Below are positions 26,346-39,670 of a DNA stretch of 64,000 bases, piece by piece. The stretch is taken from NCBI RefSeq assembly GCF_009834535.1, contig NC_045697.1:69194001-69258000 (forward strand), read 5' to 3'. The stretch's first letter is position 1. Each line of letters opens with the position of its first letter. The stretch comes from Camelus ferus. Taxonomy: Eukaryota. The position numbers and the translations under genes were made by a program. The notes beneath the pieces were generated by a model that was not told where the DNA came from, did not search any database, and saw only the letters and a program-made list of their open reading frames with translations.

Positions 26346-29093
26346 TAGAAAGGGAAAGTCCTGGTGCTTCAATTCGGACTAGAGAGACAGAAGAGGTCTA
26401 GGATACCTGTGTGGGGTGGGATTGGAATCAAAGATGATTCTCGAATGTCTGCGTTGGGTGACGGGGCAGAAGCCAGTGGTGATGTGAGCCAAGGGGAGGA
26501 ACAAAGGAGGAGAAGCAGGCTCCAGCAAAGGAACAATGAGCTGGGGCCGAGGTGCTGAGGGGCTCCTGAGGAGGAGACGTCGGGGGGCAAGTCCTCATTT
26601 GGCAGAGCCTTCACGACAGAGCCTGCTCCGCAAACAGCCCCCCAACCCCCAGTGCACTCTTCCGCACTTCCTGAACTCACATGTCACTGTGTCACATCAG
26701 AGTCCCCAAGAGACACCAACAACAGACTCCAAAAAAAAAAAAAAAAAGAAAAAGAAAAGAAAAAAGCGTGATTTATCCCAAACTTAGGGAATCAAATCTC
26801 TGGAGCTAGAGCCTGGGCACTGGAATTTTTTCAAGCTCCAGGGTGGCCATTTACAGCACCAGTGACGCAGGATGGTCCCTCAACTTCCCTCCTTTTTGAG
26901 GCCACTCAGTTCTGACCTAGGGACCCACTATCACTGGCCAAGTCAACCACTGCAGTCACAGCAAGCCGACCTCCTGAGCTGCTGACTCCAGATGTGGTCT
27001 CAGGTAGACATCTCCCAGAATGGTCAAGACCTTTCTGCCACCCTAACCTGCCTGGACTAGATTCTGACCATCCTCTGCCACACCCGGTCCCCCATCCGCC
27101 TGATGGGAAGCCCAGACAGCAGGAGCCTCTTGCTGAGAGTCTGGGCCCTGAGCATCTAGAAAAGGCAAAGGGAGTGGCTGTACTCCTGAGGAGCACACAG
27201 CTTTCCACGTGTCCCTGTGACCCTTAACAGACGTACACGGGTGCCCCATGACTTCCTCTTGTCTTGGAAGTGTCGGTCTCCCTTGCCTCTGCAGGACATG
27301 AAGGGTAGCCCTCTACTCCAGCACACACTCTTACTACTATTTGAAACTAAAAGTATGAGATTTGTGAGGGTCTCGGTTCAATCTGGCAGTCCACAAAACG
27401 TTTTCTCAGCTTAACCTGGATGCCACCCCTGGCAACGTAGCTATTTCAAAAAATGGTTGGTTCAGAAATCCTGCAAGTCTGGGAAAAACTCAGAACTCAT
27501 GAACAAAATAATTTCTTCCAAGGCTTAACCTCATCCACATTTGCCGTCCCTGTTTGATGCTTCAACAGCCTTGGGAGGCGGGGAGCTGGAGGGGCCCTGG
27601 GAGGGTTAGGCACTTGCTGTGCTCAGGACACAGGCCTGAGCCCATCCAGGGGTGGCTGATAGATGCCAGGATCAGTTCCTCTGTGAAAAATCCATATTGC
27701 GGGAAAGTAGAAATATTTTTCAGAATCAAAGTCCAACCCTTAGGTGAGCAGATACTCTCTGCCCAGAAACAAAGGCATGCCCATCCTCTTTTGAGGATGC
27801 TCAAAGCAGCTGCCTGGTCTGGGTACCAGACACAGAGGGTCCCAATGCCATGGAAAAAAGATGCCACGCAAGTTAGTTCAAATTGATGAGTCCTTCCAGA
27901 GGGAACGCTGCGGGAGCGTGTAGAGGGGGCTAACGGGTTGCCCGAGAAAGCCGTTTTAGGTGAGGTCCTGAAGCGTGAATCGGGTTTGGAGAAGAGGAGC
28001 AGTTTGACCTTTTCTCCTTTGCAACATCGCCATGGTGTAGGTATGATCTCCAGCTTGTGAGGGAGGCACTGAGGCCGGCAGAGAGAAAGCCAGTGTCCGA
28101 GGCCACACCCACACCGTGACCACCGGCTGGGCTCGGAGTGGCGCTCGGGTCCAACCAGCACGCACACAGGCTTGACTCTCTCACTTTCCCGCACAGGGGT
28201 TTCCTTTATTAAAGCAAGCCGAAGAGCTTTCACTGAGTATCGATTGTACGATGTCCTTCTGACTTAGTGAGTGACCAGACTCCCAAGGTCTTCCTAGAGA
28301 CTGAGTCATTAAGGTGTAAGTTCCAATGTCCAGTTTGACTCCAGTTCTTCCCACGACAGCCAGTTGAAGGAATCAACACCTCCTCCAGGCTTTGCTCTGC
28401 ACTGCGGTGGAGAGTGAGCCCTGTCTTACTCTCTGTGCTTGTTTTAGTACCTCCCACTCTTCCCTCTCTGGCTCTAGAATTTAGTAGAATGTTTGATAGA
28501 CATGAGGCTCAAAACACGTGTGCTGAGGATCCTTGTTACCAATTGTTCCAGGAAGCAGACTCATGAAAGCATCAGTAGAAATTAAATTAGAATGTGAAGC
28601 CAGAGTCTTGAGATGATCACTCCTAAAATAGCCTGAGTACCCCGGAGAGCCACGTTCTCATTCACGCTCTCACACACTCCGTGAGTGATGGGGGAGCGCA
28701 GCTCTGCACCCCAAACCCTCCCTGGTAATTTAATTCCCCCATCACAACAGACTGTGGTTTGTGGGGTAACTGACATTCTATTTTGTTAGGTTAAAAAAAA
28801 AATCCAAATCTGGAGCAGATAAAACACATGAATTTCTCCTCTTCTGATTTGGGTGCAAATCTTGACTTGAACAATTTTCACTTTAAAATTTAAATGTCAC
28901 TGGTAAGGTATTCACTTGGTGGCACAAATTAGATGTTTTTAATCCTCTGATCTAGTCGTTCCATGAGTAGCGTTCTATCTATGTGCAAAGTCTCAGAAAT
29001 GTATAAGAAAGGTCACTGCAATGTTCTTTAATTGGGAAGAGCCTAAATTTCTAATAGTGATGGTTTGGTTGATTAAATTACAGCTTGTCTACA

Positions 29094-29427
29094 CCAGAAG
29101 TTCTTAGACTTTTTGGTCTCAGGACTCCTTTACACTTTTAAAAATGGTCAAAGCCCCGAAAGAGATTTTGTGTATTTCTATGAGTATTTACTATATTAGA
29201 AATTTAAAGGGAGAAATGTTTATACACAGAAATACACAAACACATGTTCCATTAGAGTGATGACATCGCATCATCACGTAGTCTCTGAAAAACGCCACTG
29301 CACACTCAGAAAGAGTAACAAAAAAGAAATAGTGTCTTACCATGTTATGAAATAATTCTGAGCCTGTGGACTGAGAAAGTCTGGAGAAGCCCCAAAATTC
29401 CGTTGACCATATTTCGAGGACCCCTGA
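29094..29427. mobile_element. hAT-Charlie-type fragment
   Basis: gttcttagactttttggtctcaggactcctttacacttttaaaa, a Charlie-like terminus. Confidence 0.5.
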
Positions 29428-29873
29428 TCTACACAATAAAATACCATGTGACTATAAAAATTCTTATTGTATAAAATACTCACTGACATCGAAAATGTGC
29501 TGTTTAAAAAAAAAAAGCAGGCTACAGAACAGTATAGACAATATTACTGACTTTAAAACAAGAAAGTAATGGAAACACACACACTAACATACCTCAAGAC
29601 GGTGTATACCAGCATAGACCTCTAGATGGTGAAAATACAGATATTTCTTTTTCTGTTTTCCTGTGTTTTCTGCATTAAGCACGTCTTCTTTTGTAATCAG
29701 AATAAAATATATTTAACAAACATACACATATTGCTTATTCATAGTTACCCTGTATTCTCCTACCCAGACCTGAAAATTTCAGCTTAGTAGTTTTAGGAAA
29801 GGTATGACCCAGAAATGTCAATGAGGTATTCATTTCACACAGCTTTAAATCAGGCCTACTTGTTCACTGTCCT

Positions 29874-30182
29874 TGCCTCTCAAAGTGTGGTCTGCAGATG
29901 ACATCAGTGTCACCTGGGAGCCTGCTGGAGCCTCAGACTCTCAGCCCCACTCAGGACCTGCTGAATCAGACCCAGATGATTGAAGATGAATTGTGACCCA
30001 GGTGAATTAAGACCTGGTGACTCATGTGCATTAAAGTTTGAGAAACCCTGGTTGGTGGCACATCAGAATTACCTGGGAGATTTCAGAACTGAAGCGGGGT
30101 AGGGCCGCACAGTGGTTTGCGTCTGTTTGCTGAATGCTCCCGGGCGGTTCTAATGGGCATCCAGAGCTGAGAACTACCAGTG
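29874..30182. mobile_element. MER5A-like elements
   Basis: tctcaaagtgtggtc...cacctgggagcc...ctgctgaatcaga...aagtttgagaaaccctg, followed by a second partial copy. Confidence 0.6.
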
Positions 30183-31494
30183 GTGGACTAGTTAGACTGG
30201 GGAACTGCCCGCTACAAATGCAAGGACCTGGTCACCTCCAACCGCCACCTGCTTGAATACAGTGTCCCCCACTGCAACACGGTGATCTCCCTGCCAGCTC
30301 CCAGGTCACAGAAATTCCAGACAGTGGAATTGGATGCAGGAAACAGGTGGGTTCCAGAACAAGGATCAAATGTGACATTTCCTGTAGCCCTGCAGAGCTC
30401 TAAGGCCGTTTGATTTGCAGGTTTGTAAAGTTATGGTGACTTCTTGAGAGGGCACGGGGAAAGGAGGCGGGTTGCAACTGTTACTTTATTTGCCTTCCCA
30501 CAAAACCTTTTAATAGACAATTCTGGCAAACTTCCTGGAATGATTTTTTTTAAACAATCCCCATCAGATGGCAGGGGTTTAATACCTGCAGACACCATCC
30601 AGCTTTACCCCCAGGTTATATTTTACATCAGTCACCTCTTCATTCATACTCATCACCTCTATTACCAACCTCAGTCATCACGTAGGTTTCTGACAGCTGG
30701 CTTGGACCAGAGACTGGCCACAGCTCCAGGACTCTCTGTACCTGACAGTCTCATGGCCTATCCGCCCTTCTCCCCACTCCTCCAGTCTGGAAGTCCTGGG
30801 GCCTCCCATCTCCCCAGCGCCACTCACCTCCTCACTCCTGCCCCAAGTGTCTTCCTCCACTCTCCCTTGGGGCCCCAGGCCAGGCCTCTCTTCTTCCTCC
30901 TCGTTTTCTTCCTTGACCCCAAGTTCTTCCCATCTCGCTGGCAACGCCTTGCATGACAGCAGGTAAGCTCTTGGTGAAGTCTACATTTTCTCTCCTTCAG
31001 TTTACATTTCCTCAAAAATGTACGCAGAGTGCTTATAGCACAGTGCCTGGAACACAGTAAACTTTCAGTAATTGTGACCTGTGATTTCAAGGGATGGAAG
31101 ATGCATTCACAGGAGCCAGCTTGCTGCCGGGGTTGGTGAACCATGGCCTGATTCAGTCACAAAGTAACAAGAAAGCACAATTGTAGAAATAGAGCTATTT
31201 TATTTATAAGACTTTAATCACTCTAACAAATTGCATTTAAGATAGTTTATGTCAAAGAAATACAGACTGCTGCACGACCATTTTTAATCATAACGTAATA
31301 AGGCATTCCTTATGTTTAAAATACCCACAAAATATATCAAAGCTGTTTTCAAAGAAAGTAAAGCAGATACAGAGAGCAAGTCTGTCCCATGTTCAGGTGC
31401 ACATGTTCAAATACACACTAATCACTTGACCAGCTGAAATTAGCACGTGGTCCTACCCTTTCCAGCCTGAAAACCAGCAGTAGACGCACAACCT

Positions 31495-31928
31495 CCAATT
31501 GCATCCTTGGGCTACCGTAACAAAACGCCACAAAGGGGGTGGCCAAAACCACAGAAGTGTATGGCCTCACTATTCTGGGGCTAGAAGTCTAAAATCAAGG
31601 TGTTGGCAAGGTTGGTTCCTTCCAGAGGCTCCGGGGAGAATCGGTTCGGTGCCTCCCTCCTATCTTCCATGACGCGTGGGCAGTTGTCTCACAGATGCAT
31701 CACCCGATCTCTGCCTTCACGTTCACACAGCATCCTCCCTGTGGGTGTGTCTGTGTCCAAATGTCCCCTTTTTATAAGAACACTGGTCTACTGGAGTAGG
31801 AACCCACCTAGTATGACCTCAGCTTAATTACGTCTGCAAAGACCCTTCTTCCACATAAGGTTGTATTCTGAGGTCCTGGAGGTTAGGACTTCACATGAAT
31901 TTCTGGAAGACGCAGTTCAACCTATAAT
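31495..31928 (-). mobile_element. MaLR solo LTR (MLT1-type)
   Basis: gggctaccgtaacaaa...ggctagaagtctaaaatcaaggtgttggcaagg...aggacttcacatgaattt...gttcaaccctataa. Confidence 0.8.
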
Positions 31929-32558
31929 CAACTCCTGAAACACAAGTTACAGTCGGGAACGCTACCAGTCTTCACACTCTTTAAAATCAAGGTTGTGGAT
32001 TCTCAGCTCAAAAGCAGACTCCACAGGGCGATCCACATGGGTGCTTTTAGAGGAAATACGAGAAATGTCTAATCATGTCAGGAGAGTTGCTTCTTTTGAA
32101 GAGGAACTGAGATGTAAATCAGGGCCTTGGGTCACACAAGCCTCCGGAGCTCCCCTGGAGCGTGGGGTGCCCTTGAAGGGAAAGAGCAAAAGCTCAGTGC
32201 ACCTCCCACCTCGCTGGGCATTTTGACAGAGGCAGCGCCTTCTGCGGGGCGGCAGATTAGCGGTTTCAGACCGTCACCTCCCCTTCTATAAACCGTGTCT
32301 GAGCCCAGGCAGGAGGGCAGCGCCCAGCTTTAACCCGCACACACGCTGCAGTTCCCAGCAGCCAGATCGGACGGAGATGCCGACGGGAGCTTAAAGCTGC
32401 CTCCCTAGCTTTCCAAAACAAGCTCTGTCATTTTCAGGAGTGTCAAAGGGATAAAACACCTACCCACCACAAGCAAGCAACATACAGCTGTACACCCTTA
32501 AGTTTCTCCAAAGTGCAAGGATCTCCGAACAGACAGTGATTTCACCCCTACACGATCG

Positions 32559-32572
32559 CCACTAGAGGGCAG
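32559..32572 (+). promoter_or_regulatory. Candidate CTCF site
   Basis: CCACTAGAGGGCAG fits the CCASYAGRKGGCRS core without mismatch. Confidence 0.55.
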
Positions 32573-34914
32573 GCCACTAAAACGTTCCTTTCAGACCAGT
32601 TGTTTCGCAAAAGCCGACACAGGATGACAAGCTCCCGCTTTGGATCTGGTTCCCTCCCACAAGAAATGCATCTACACATTCCATGATGAGCAACAGCATG
32701 GGAAGCACTACCCTGCTTGCACGCGACCATTTTCTTTTCGGAGTAAATTTACACAGTGGAAAGCCCAGGAACTAACCTGCTCTTCCTTGCTCTTGTCTTC
32801 TGATGGGAGTTCCTAGAAGTGGAGGAGTAAGGTGCACTGGTTGGCGCAAGTTTGGTTTGGGTTAAAAGACACCAGGCTAGACTCACTCAAGCACGCACCC
32901 TCTCACTGGTGCCCAGCTCCCAGGAAAACTACTCAGCACGCGCACCCCGAGGAAAGCTGTATTTGATTCCTCAAATAAAAGAAGTCTTAGAAAGTATAAT
33001 CGTATAAACTCTACTTTAATCACAAACTCTTCCAAAAAAGAAATGGCTTGGGTCCCCGTTTAGAGTTTGGCTTCCCTCCCCCTCGCCGACCCCGCCCAGA
33101 TACATCTGCCTGTGGTGGTGTAGAGATTTTATCCTGTCACCATGACAAGGCCAGAGCTGGAGTATTTCCAGGCAAGCGCTGCATTCTCCTTCTCGTTCAA
33201 GGACCAGGCCTCCCACTCCTGAGAGGGCAGTGATTAGAAGCAGCCCCCGGGCCTCACTGCTGGGTGCTGGCCACCCACCCCTGCTGGCCGGTGTTTATGG
33301 AGAGGTTCTTCCCAGTTCTTCCTTGGAGGTCTCAGCAGGATTTCCCTAGAGAAGGAGGGCTCCGTGGAATAAATGACAAAGAGCGGGGGAGGGCCTGCCA
33401 GGTCACTGGCTCCTCATTGCTTGGCCCACCGGCTTCCCAGGGCGCCAGTCCAACCGCCGGAAACGGACACTGAGAGGAGCCCCATGGAAGTGCTGGGCGA
33501 GTGCGCGCATACACACACACACAGCACATGGAGGAACATTCTGCATAATAAGAAAAAGCCACAGACACTTTTCAGAACCTCCTTCAGAGAAGGATGACCA
33601 GGAACTGAAAGGGAAGTCAAGGTTAATTCTCTGGGAGAAGAAAGAGGAGGACGAACAAGGAAAGGCACTTCTTCAAGTGCTTCGTGCTGTGAAATTCTAC
33701 TTTTGAATTCCTACATTCATTTTTAAAAATTGTTAGTTTTTTAAACCTTTTTTAAACCATGGAAGCAAAGGATGTTTGTGGGAACCGGTCAAACAATGGA
33801 GATAAACAGAAATTAAATAATCCCCCTCCAAAGTCTACCTTCCAAACATGGAAGAAACTTCCTGTAAGTTCGAGTTTTGCAGACAAAGCATCTTTTGACT
33901 TCTGAGCTGTGATTTTTCTCCTCTGTTGGCCCAGAGTTTGCTCTGAACAAGGAGGGTGATCCTCAATTACCTCCTGTGCATGGATAATCTCTACAGCACA
34001 GCTAAGAAAACTCTAGAAATAGAGATTGGTTATCTCCAGTTACCCCTGATAAATTTCCTTATCTTCGTTTTAAATATCCTGGGAAGTGAGGCAAACTGTT
34101 TCTCCAACAAGTATTGGGACACAGTATTCTCAGACCCTGACACTATGTGAACCTTAAACCTATGCTTTCATTTGATCTTTGAAAAATAGTCTTTAATAGC
34201 TTGAAAGACAGAAGCCTTCTGCAGTGATAATCCACAACGAAAGGACATTTACGTTGGTATTTTAATCTTAAAAACTCAGGAGAGGGGGTTTTAAGATTCC
34301 TGCTCTAAGGGACCACTAGAAATTATTTTCTCATAAAAAAAAACCTGTGAATGCTATTAAGATTTACCTAGGACCATGGGTCCTAAATCTCACCGTGCAT
34401 TAAATTTTCATGGGCGTTTCTTAAAAATACAGGATCTGGCTCTTCCACTCTAGAATTGCTAGGGGCAAGGCCTGATCTGTATTCTCCACGGTCCCCAGGT
34501 GACTATGACCAGCAGACAATGATTTCAGGGACAGAGATTTCCTACGTCCCCTGCTCTGCCCATCTCTCATCAGTCTGTGTCCAGCAGCACAAAGAGATCT
34601 TTCTCTCCCCAACCACAAAACATCCCTCCTCTCCTTCTCCCCTGTCAGAGAACTGGGCCAGAGCAGGGCCTCTCCAAGTTCCTCCCAGACAAGCAACAAC
34701 AGCACCGCCTGCGAACCTGTCAGAAATCCCCCTTCTCAAGCTCCGCTCTAGACCTAGATCAGAAATGCCAGGGATGCGGCAAACCCAGTCCTGTGTGTTT
34801 TAACAAGCTTTCCAGGTGATTCCAGTGCATGCTGTGGTTTGAGTACCACTGAAATTAGAGAACTGTACAATTTCGAGAGAGAAGTAATGAAGCCAAGACA
34901 TAACTCCATGTAGG

Positions 34915-37069
34915 GTAGAACCAAGTTTATTAATGACAGCCTTTATTACAACCACTCTCAAGTGTAAAAAATAAAGGGTGATTAATTAAAATTTAGAACT
35001 CACTTGGACTTGCTGTTTGGCCTTTCACTGGATGTGCCAAAGGGTGGGAATCTCGCCCGATTCTGCATCAACTGGTCAGGTGGAGTTCACTGGAGAATGA
35101 GGTAACAAACAGGACAAGAAGGCCAACTGGAGAGCTCAAGTCTCCTCCACACTGGAATGACAGTGCAGAATGACCACAGTGGTGGGGACAGAGGGGAAGT
35201 AAAATCTTACGGCCAGCAGATGGACTCAACATCTCTAAGCCTACAGACACGAAAACACAAACATGCAGAGTCATACACACGCCCTCCCTCTGGAGACTAG
35301 AATTGCAGAGAACTTTTGTCCTTTCTCTGAGCAGACCGACACATTCATCAGCCATGGCGATGCAACGCGGGGCTGAAATGGAAAACCTTGCTAAGTTTCC
35401 ACAAACTACGCAGGCTGGCTGCCCAGTTATGTGCTGCAAATGTGTCATCACTCTCAAATATGCCTGTGGATTTCCCGGTGTTCCACGGACTAATATCTGC
35501 TCCCCCGGAGAGCGACATCCTGGTAGACACCTGTTAGTAGGAAAAATCTGGGGGCAAAACTCGTCCCTCCCATCTGGAGTGGGTGGCGGGGCGGGGGCAG
35601 TGCCTGGAGGTGCACTCTCCCACCTTGCGTCACAGAACACTTTGCCCCCCTCCTGCTCTCCCCTCTGAAGTATTTGTGCTTTGCCACCAGGCTGATGGTG
35701 AGTCTGCACTGAGGGAGCAGAAGGGCCTCTGGCCGTGCACTCCTTTTTGTTTTCTTTTTAATAAAAACAAACTAAAACCAGAAGAGGAAAAAAAAAAAAA
35801 AAGCATCAGAAGCCCTGTGATTGTATCAACACCATTTCAGAACTTGGTTTAATTCCATTTAAAGGAAAGAGGGGGAGGCTGCAGAAGAGGCCACGATGAT
35901 CAATCCCCAGACCCAGCCAACAGACCTCCCGGTGGAGTCCGTGCAAGCATCCGCGATGGCCCAGCTGGCCCCTTCCCAGGCTGGGAGGACACGCCACACC
36001 TCTCCAGACTGGGAACCTCCGAAATAAATGCTGACCAGGTAACGTTTATAAAGGTTTGTGGGAAAGATGACAGGACAAAGAGCTGGTGGATTCAGATTCG
36101 CGGGTCATGCAGAGAGATTATAGAAAAAAATTAATATTCGAGCCAAGTAAGAGAAGACTTAAAAATTCAAGAGAAACTGTACCATAGCTTTCACTTTTGG
36201 AAGACAAAAAAAAAAAAAAGAGGAAGGAAGGAAGGAAGGAAAACATCCACAACAAAACAAAACCCCAGAGAATTCTAAAGAGTCCAACGACTAATTTGGT
36301 GGGCTGTGGTATTCAATACCTCTTCGTTAACCTCATTTTCTCCTTGGATTGCACTGATAAATAAAACTCAGGCCTACTTAGAAAAAAGATCTGTCCCACT
36401 AAAACTCGGCATCATGAAGTGTTCCAAAGCCCATGCCCAGTGCGCAAAGAACACACAACTTCTCTTACACGGAGACACTCCAGGAGAGACCAGATGTGCC
36501 CGCCCAAGTTAACTTGTTGAACGTGGTCACAAAAATCTGAACCCAAAGGCAAGCTGCTTTCTTCTCGGGGTGATCGTTGTAATAGTTTCTTGAAATGTAC
36601 AGTGACGGGATGCCCAAACCCCACAGCCTTCTTAGGAAAGGCGCACCTCCTCCAGCCACGGAACAGAAGGCCGTGCTTTCAAGGCATGACGAACACCAGC
36701 AAGACTGCCTCCCCCGGCCCTCCAGTCACCGAAGCAGAGAACGAGACTTTTCCACAAATTCAGTACATCTGGGCCCCCCACCCTCCCTTTTTTCTCTTTT
36801 GGTCAGTATCCAAACATCCAGAAATTCACGGCCACAGTAGAGATTCACGGCGCAACGACTTTCATACTGGTTTTTGTCTTTTTAATTCTGTCAGTGAGCA
36901 GCATTTCCCAGTTTTACCCCCCAAAGAACGAGTTCTTGGCAGCTCCATCAGGTGGGATTGCAGGGTGCCTCTGTGATTAGGGTCCGTGCTGCATGGCTAT
37001 CAGCTGGGCACACGGTGGGGCAGGAAGGCTGGGTCTGTCCAGTGTCTTGATGCAGCTGTGGTGGGCGCT
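34915..37069 (-). other. TSPAN5: TSPAN5 3' UTR (~2.1 kb, end approximate)
   Basis: Repeat-poor sequence from the stop codon to tandem minus-strand AATAAA signals. Contains U-rich runs (A-runs on + near 35788-35802 and 36206-36219). Confidence 0.7.
34926..34947 (-). terminator. Tandem poly(A) signals of TSPAN5
   Basis: tttatt at 34942-34947 and 34926-34931, i.e. two AATAAA on the - strand. Confidence 0.7.
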
Positions 37070-37135
37070 CTACCAGCTGGCCCTGACAGCTTCAATGTCA
37101 CTCACCAGATTCTGGGCCAGGCAGATCCCAAAAAT
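37070..37135 (-). CDS. TSPAN5: TSPAN5 exon 8, terminal coding part (to TAG)
   Basis: cag|ATT...TGG TAG, 66 nt. Translates IFGICLAQNLVSDIEAVRASW*. Confidence 0.96.
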   Translation of the reverse strand: MFGICLAQNLVSDIEAVRASW

Positions 37136-37221
37136 CTGATAGGGGAAGGAAAAGAGAGTCAAACAGAGGTACTCTGGGCTCTTCCTTGGCTACCGAATCC
37201 TGTTTTTTAAAAAATCTTTGA

Positions 37222-37400
37222 TTTTTTTTTTAATTGAAGTATAGTCAGTTTACAATGTTGTAACAATTTCTGGTGTACAGCACAGTGCTTCAGTCACATA
37301 GGCACATACATATATTCGTTTCCATATTCTTTTTCACCATAGGCTTACTACAAGATATTGAATATAGTTCCCTGTGCTATACAGTATAAACTTGTTGTGT
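37222..37400 (-). mobile_element. Short L1 3' terminus with A-tail
   Basis: tttttttttaattgaagtatagtcagtttacaatgttg...ccctgtgctatacagt, similar to 10200-10370. Confidence 0.75.
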
Positions 37401-37424
37401 ATATATTTTAAATTTTTTTAAACT

Positions 37425-39085
37425 GATTTTTAAAATTGAGATACAATTCATAGCCTATAAAATTCATCCTTTTAAAGTGTACAATTTAGTGATCTTCAGT
37501 GTATTCACAAGGATGTGCAACTAGCACCACTAATTCCAGAATGTTTTCATCCCTCCGAAAAGAAACTCTGTACCCAAGAGCAGTCATCCTCAGTGCCCCG
37601 ACCCCTACAGCCTTGGCAAGCACGAATCTACTCTCTTATCTCTATGGATCTGCCTAGTCTGGCCATTTCATATAAAAAGAGTCATGTAATACATGGCCTT
37701 TTGTGTCGGTCTGCTTTCACGGAGCAAAATGTTTTCAAGGTTCATCCAGGATGCAGCACGTAACAGCAGTTCAACTATTTTGATGGCTGAATGATATCCC
37801 ATTATATGGATAAACCACATTTTGTTTATCCACTCATCACACGACGGACATCTGGATGGTTTCTACTTTGGGGCTACCGTGAACAGTGCTGCTATGAACA
37901 TCTGGGTACAAGTTTTCAGGTGGACATATTTTCAGTACTCTGGGGGCACATTTCAGTACTCTAGGAGTAGAACTGCGGGCTTATATGGTAACTGTTTCAT
38001 TTTCTCAGCACTGCTAAGTGTTTTCCAAAGAGGCTGCATCATTTTCATTCCCCTTTGCAACATATGAGGGTTCCAATCTCTCCACATCCTAACCAGCTCT
38101 TGTTATCATCTTTTTTATTGCGGGCATCCTAGTAGGTGTGAAGTGGTGTCTCACTGTGGTTTCCATTTGAATTTACCCAACAATGAATGACGTCATTACA
38201 AATAGCTAATGTGTATCTTCTTTGGCGAAATGTCTATTCAAATCCTTTGCCCACCTTTAAACAGAGTTTGTCTTTTTCTACTTGTTGAGTTGTTCTTTGT
38301 ACATTCTATACACAAGATCCTTATCAGATGGAATGATTTGCAAATATTTTTTCCCATTTAGTGGCTTGTCTTTCTCACTTTTTTGACAGTGTCATTTTCA
38401 GCACAGACGTTTTTAATTTTGATGAAGCCCAATTGATCCATCCTTTCTTTGGTTACTTGTGCTTTTGCTATCATATCTAAGAAAACACTGCCTAATTCAA
38501 TGTCACAATGATTTACACCTATACTTTCTTCTAAAACTTTTACAGCTTTACCGTTTACATTTAGGTCTTTGATTGACGTTGAGTTAATCTCTTTTATGTG
38601 GTGTGAATTAGGGGTCCAAATACAATCTTTCACACATAGATATCCAGTTGGTCCAGCACCATTTGTTGGGAAGACTACTCTTTCCCCATTGAATGGTCTT
38701 AGTTCCCTCGTCAAATAAATAGATCAACTGATCATAGATGTGGAGGTTTTTTCTGAACCTTCCATTCTATTCCACTAATCTTCACGTCCAACCTTACACC
38801 AGTACACACTATCTTGATTGCTGCAGCTCTGTAGTAAGTGTTGCTCCCGGAAGTGAGATTTCTCCAACTTTTTTTGCTTTTTCAATTTTGTGTGACTATT
38901 TGGGGTCCCTTGAATTTCCATATGAACTTTAGGATCAGTTTGTCCATTTTTGCCCAAAAAGGCAGTTGGAATTTTGACAGGGATTGCACTGAATCTGTAG
39001 ATCAATTTGAAGTGTACTGCCACCTTAAAAACATTAAATCTTCCAATCCATGAATACGGATGGTCTTCTTTAATTTCTTTCAACC
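37425..39085 (-). mobile_element. Old L1 (L1MB-like) in TSPAN5 intron 7
   Basis: ORFs 38775..39083 (SWIGRFNVFK...IYRFSAIPVKIP) and 38358..38714 are degenerate L1 ORF2. Confidence 0.9.
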
Positions 39086-39553
39086 ATTGTGCCCCATTTG
39101 CGACCCTCTAAGTTAAAAGCATCACATCTCCACAAGATGAAAAGCCCAGCTGTCGGGACTGCCTAGGAGGAAGAGTGGATGCTCCCTTCCCTCACTAGCA
39201 CTTTGGCAAGATGGGCCAGAGAGAGGGGGGTGGGGCATAGCACGTCTGTGACGCTCCAAAAAGCTTTTGCCTTGCCACTGGGCAAGGCTCTACATCTGAC
39301 CATTCCTGTCTGATCCAGCCAATCTCTCCAACTTGAAAAGGAAAGCAGGTTTCCTAAAGTATTTGAGGATAGTAGCATTGAAAATCAGAGCTTCAATAAA
39401 ATCCAAACCAAATCCAGCTAAGGTCTGTTCCCCAACTCTCCAATGGGTCCTGAAAACTGTGACGTGAAGGTGAATGAGCAAAGCTCCTGCCCTGGTGAGG
39501 GCTCTCCTGGGATGTCATTTCCCTGTGACACCCACCACGGAGCCTGGACTTAC

Positions 39554-39670
39554 CTGTAGCAACGCAATGCCTATGAAAATACCAGCCACGATGGTCAAGT
39601 TGTCCTGCAACCATTTCTCAAACTGGGGCACACAGCCTTTCGTATAGATCACAATCTGCTGATCGACTTC
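39554..39670 (-). CDS. TSPAN5: TSPAN5 exon 7 (end of large loop, TM4)
   Basis: aag|GAA...CAG|gtaagt, 117 nt. Translates EVDQQIVIYTKGCVPQFEKWLQDNLTIVAGIFIGIALLQ. Confidence 0.96.

Noticed and set aside
27562..28233. 223-aa minus-strand ORF
   Set aside because: No recognisable domain or exon context. Plausible by chance in GC-richer intergenic DNA. Not excluded without a search.
35068..35709. 213-aa ORF in the TSPAN5 3' UTR
   Set aside because: No recognisable homology and far downstream of the stop codon. Would need ribosome profiling.
37929..37962. Duplicated tttcagtactct
   Set aside because: Small tandem duplication inside a decayed L1, with no functional implication.
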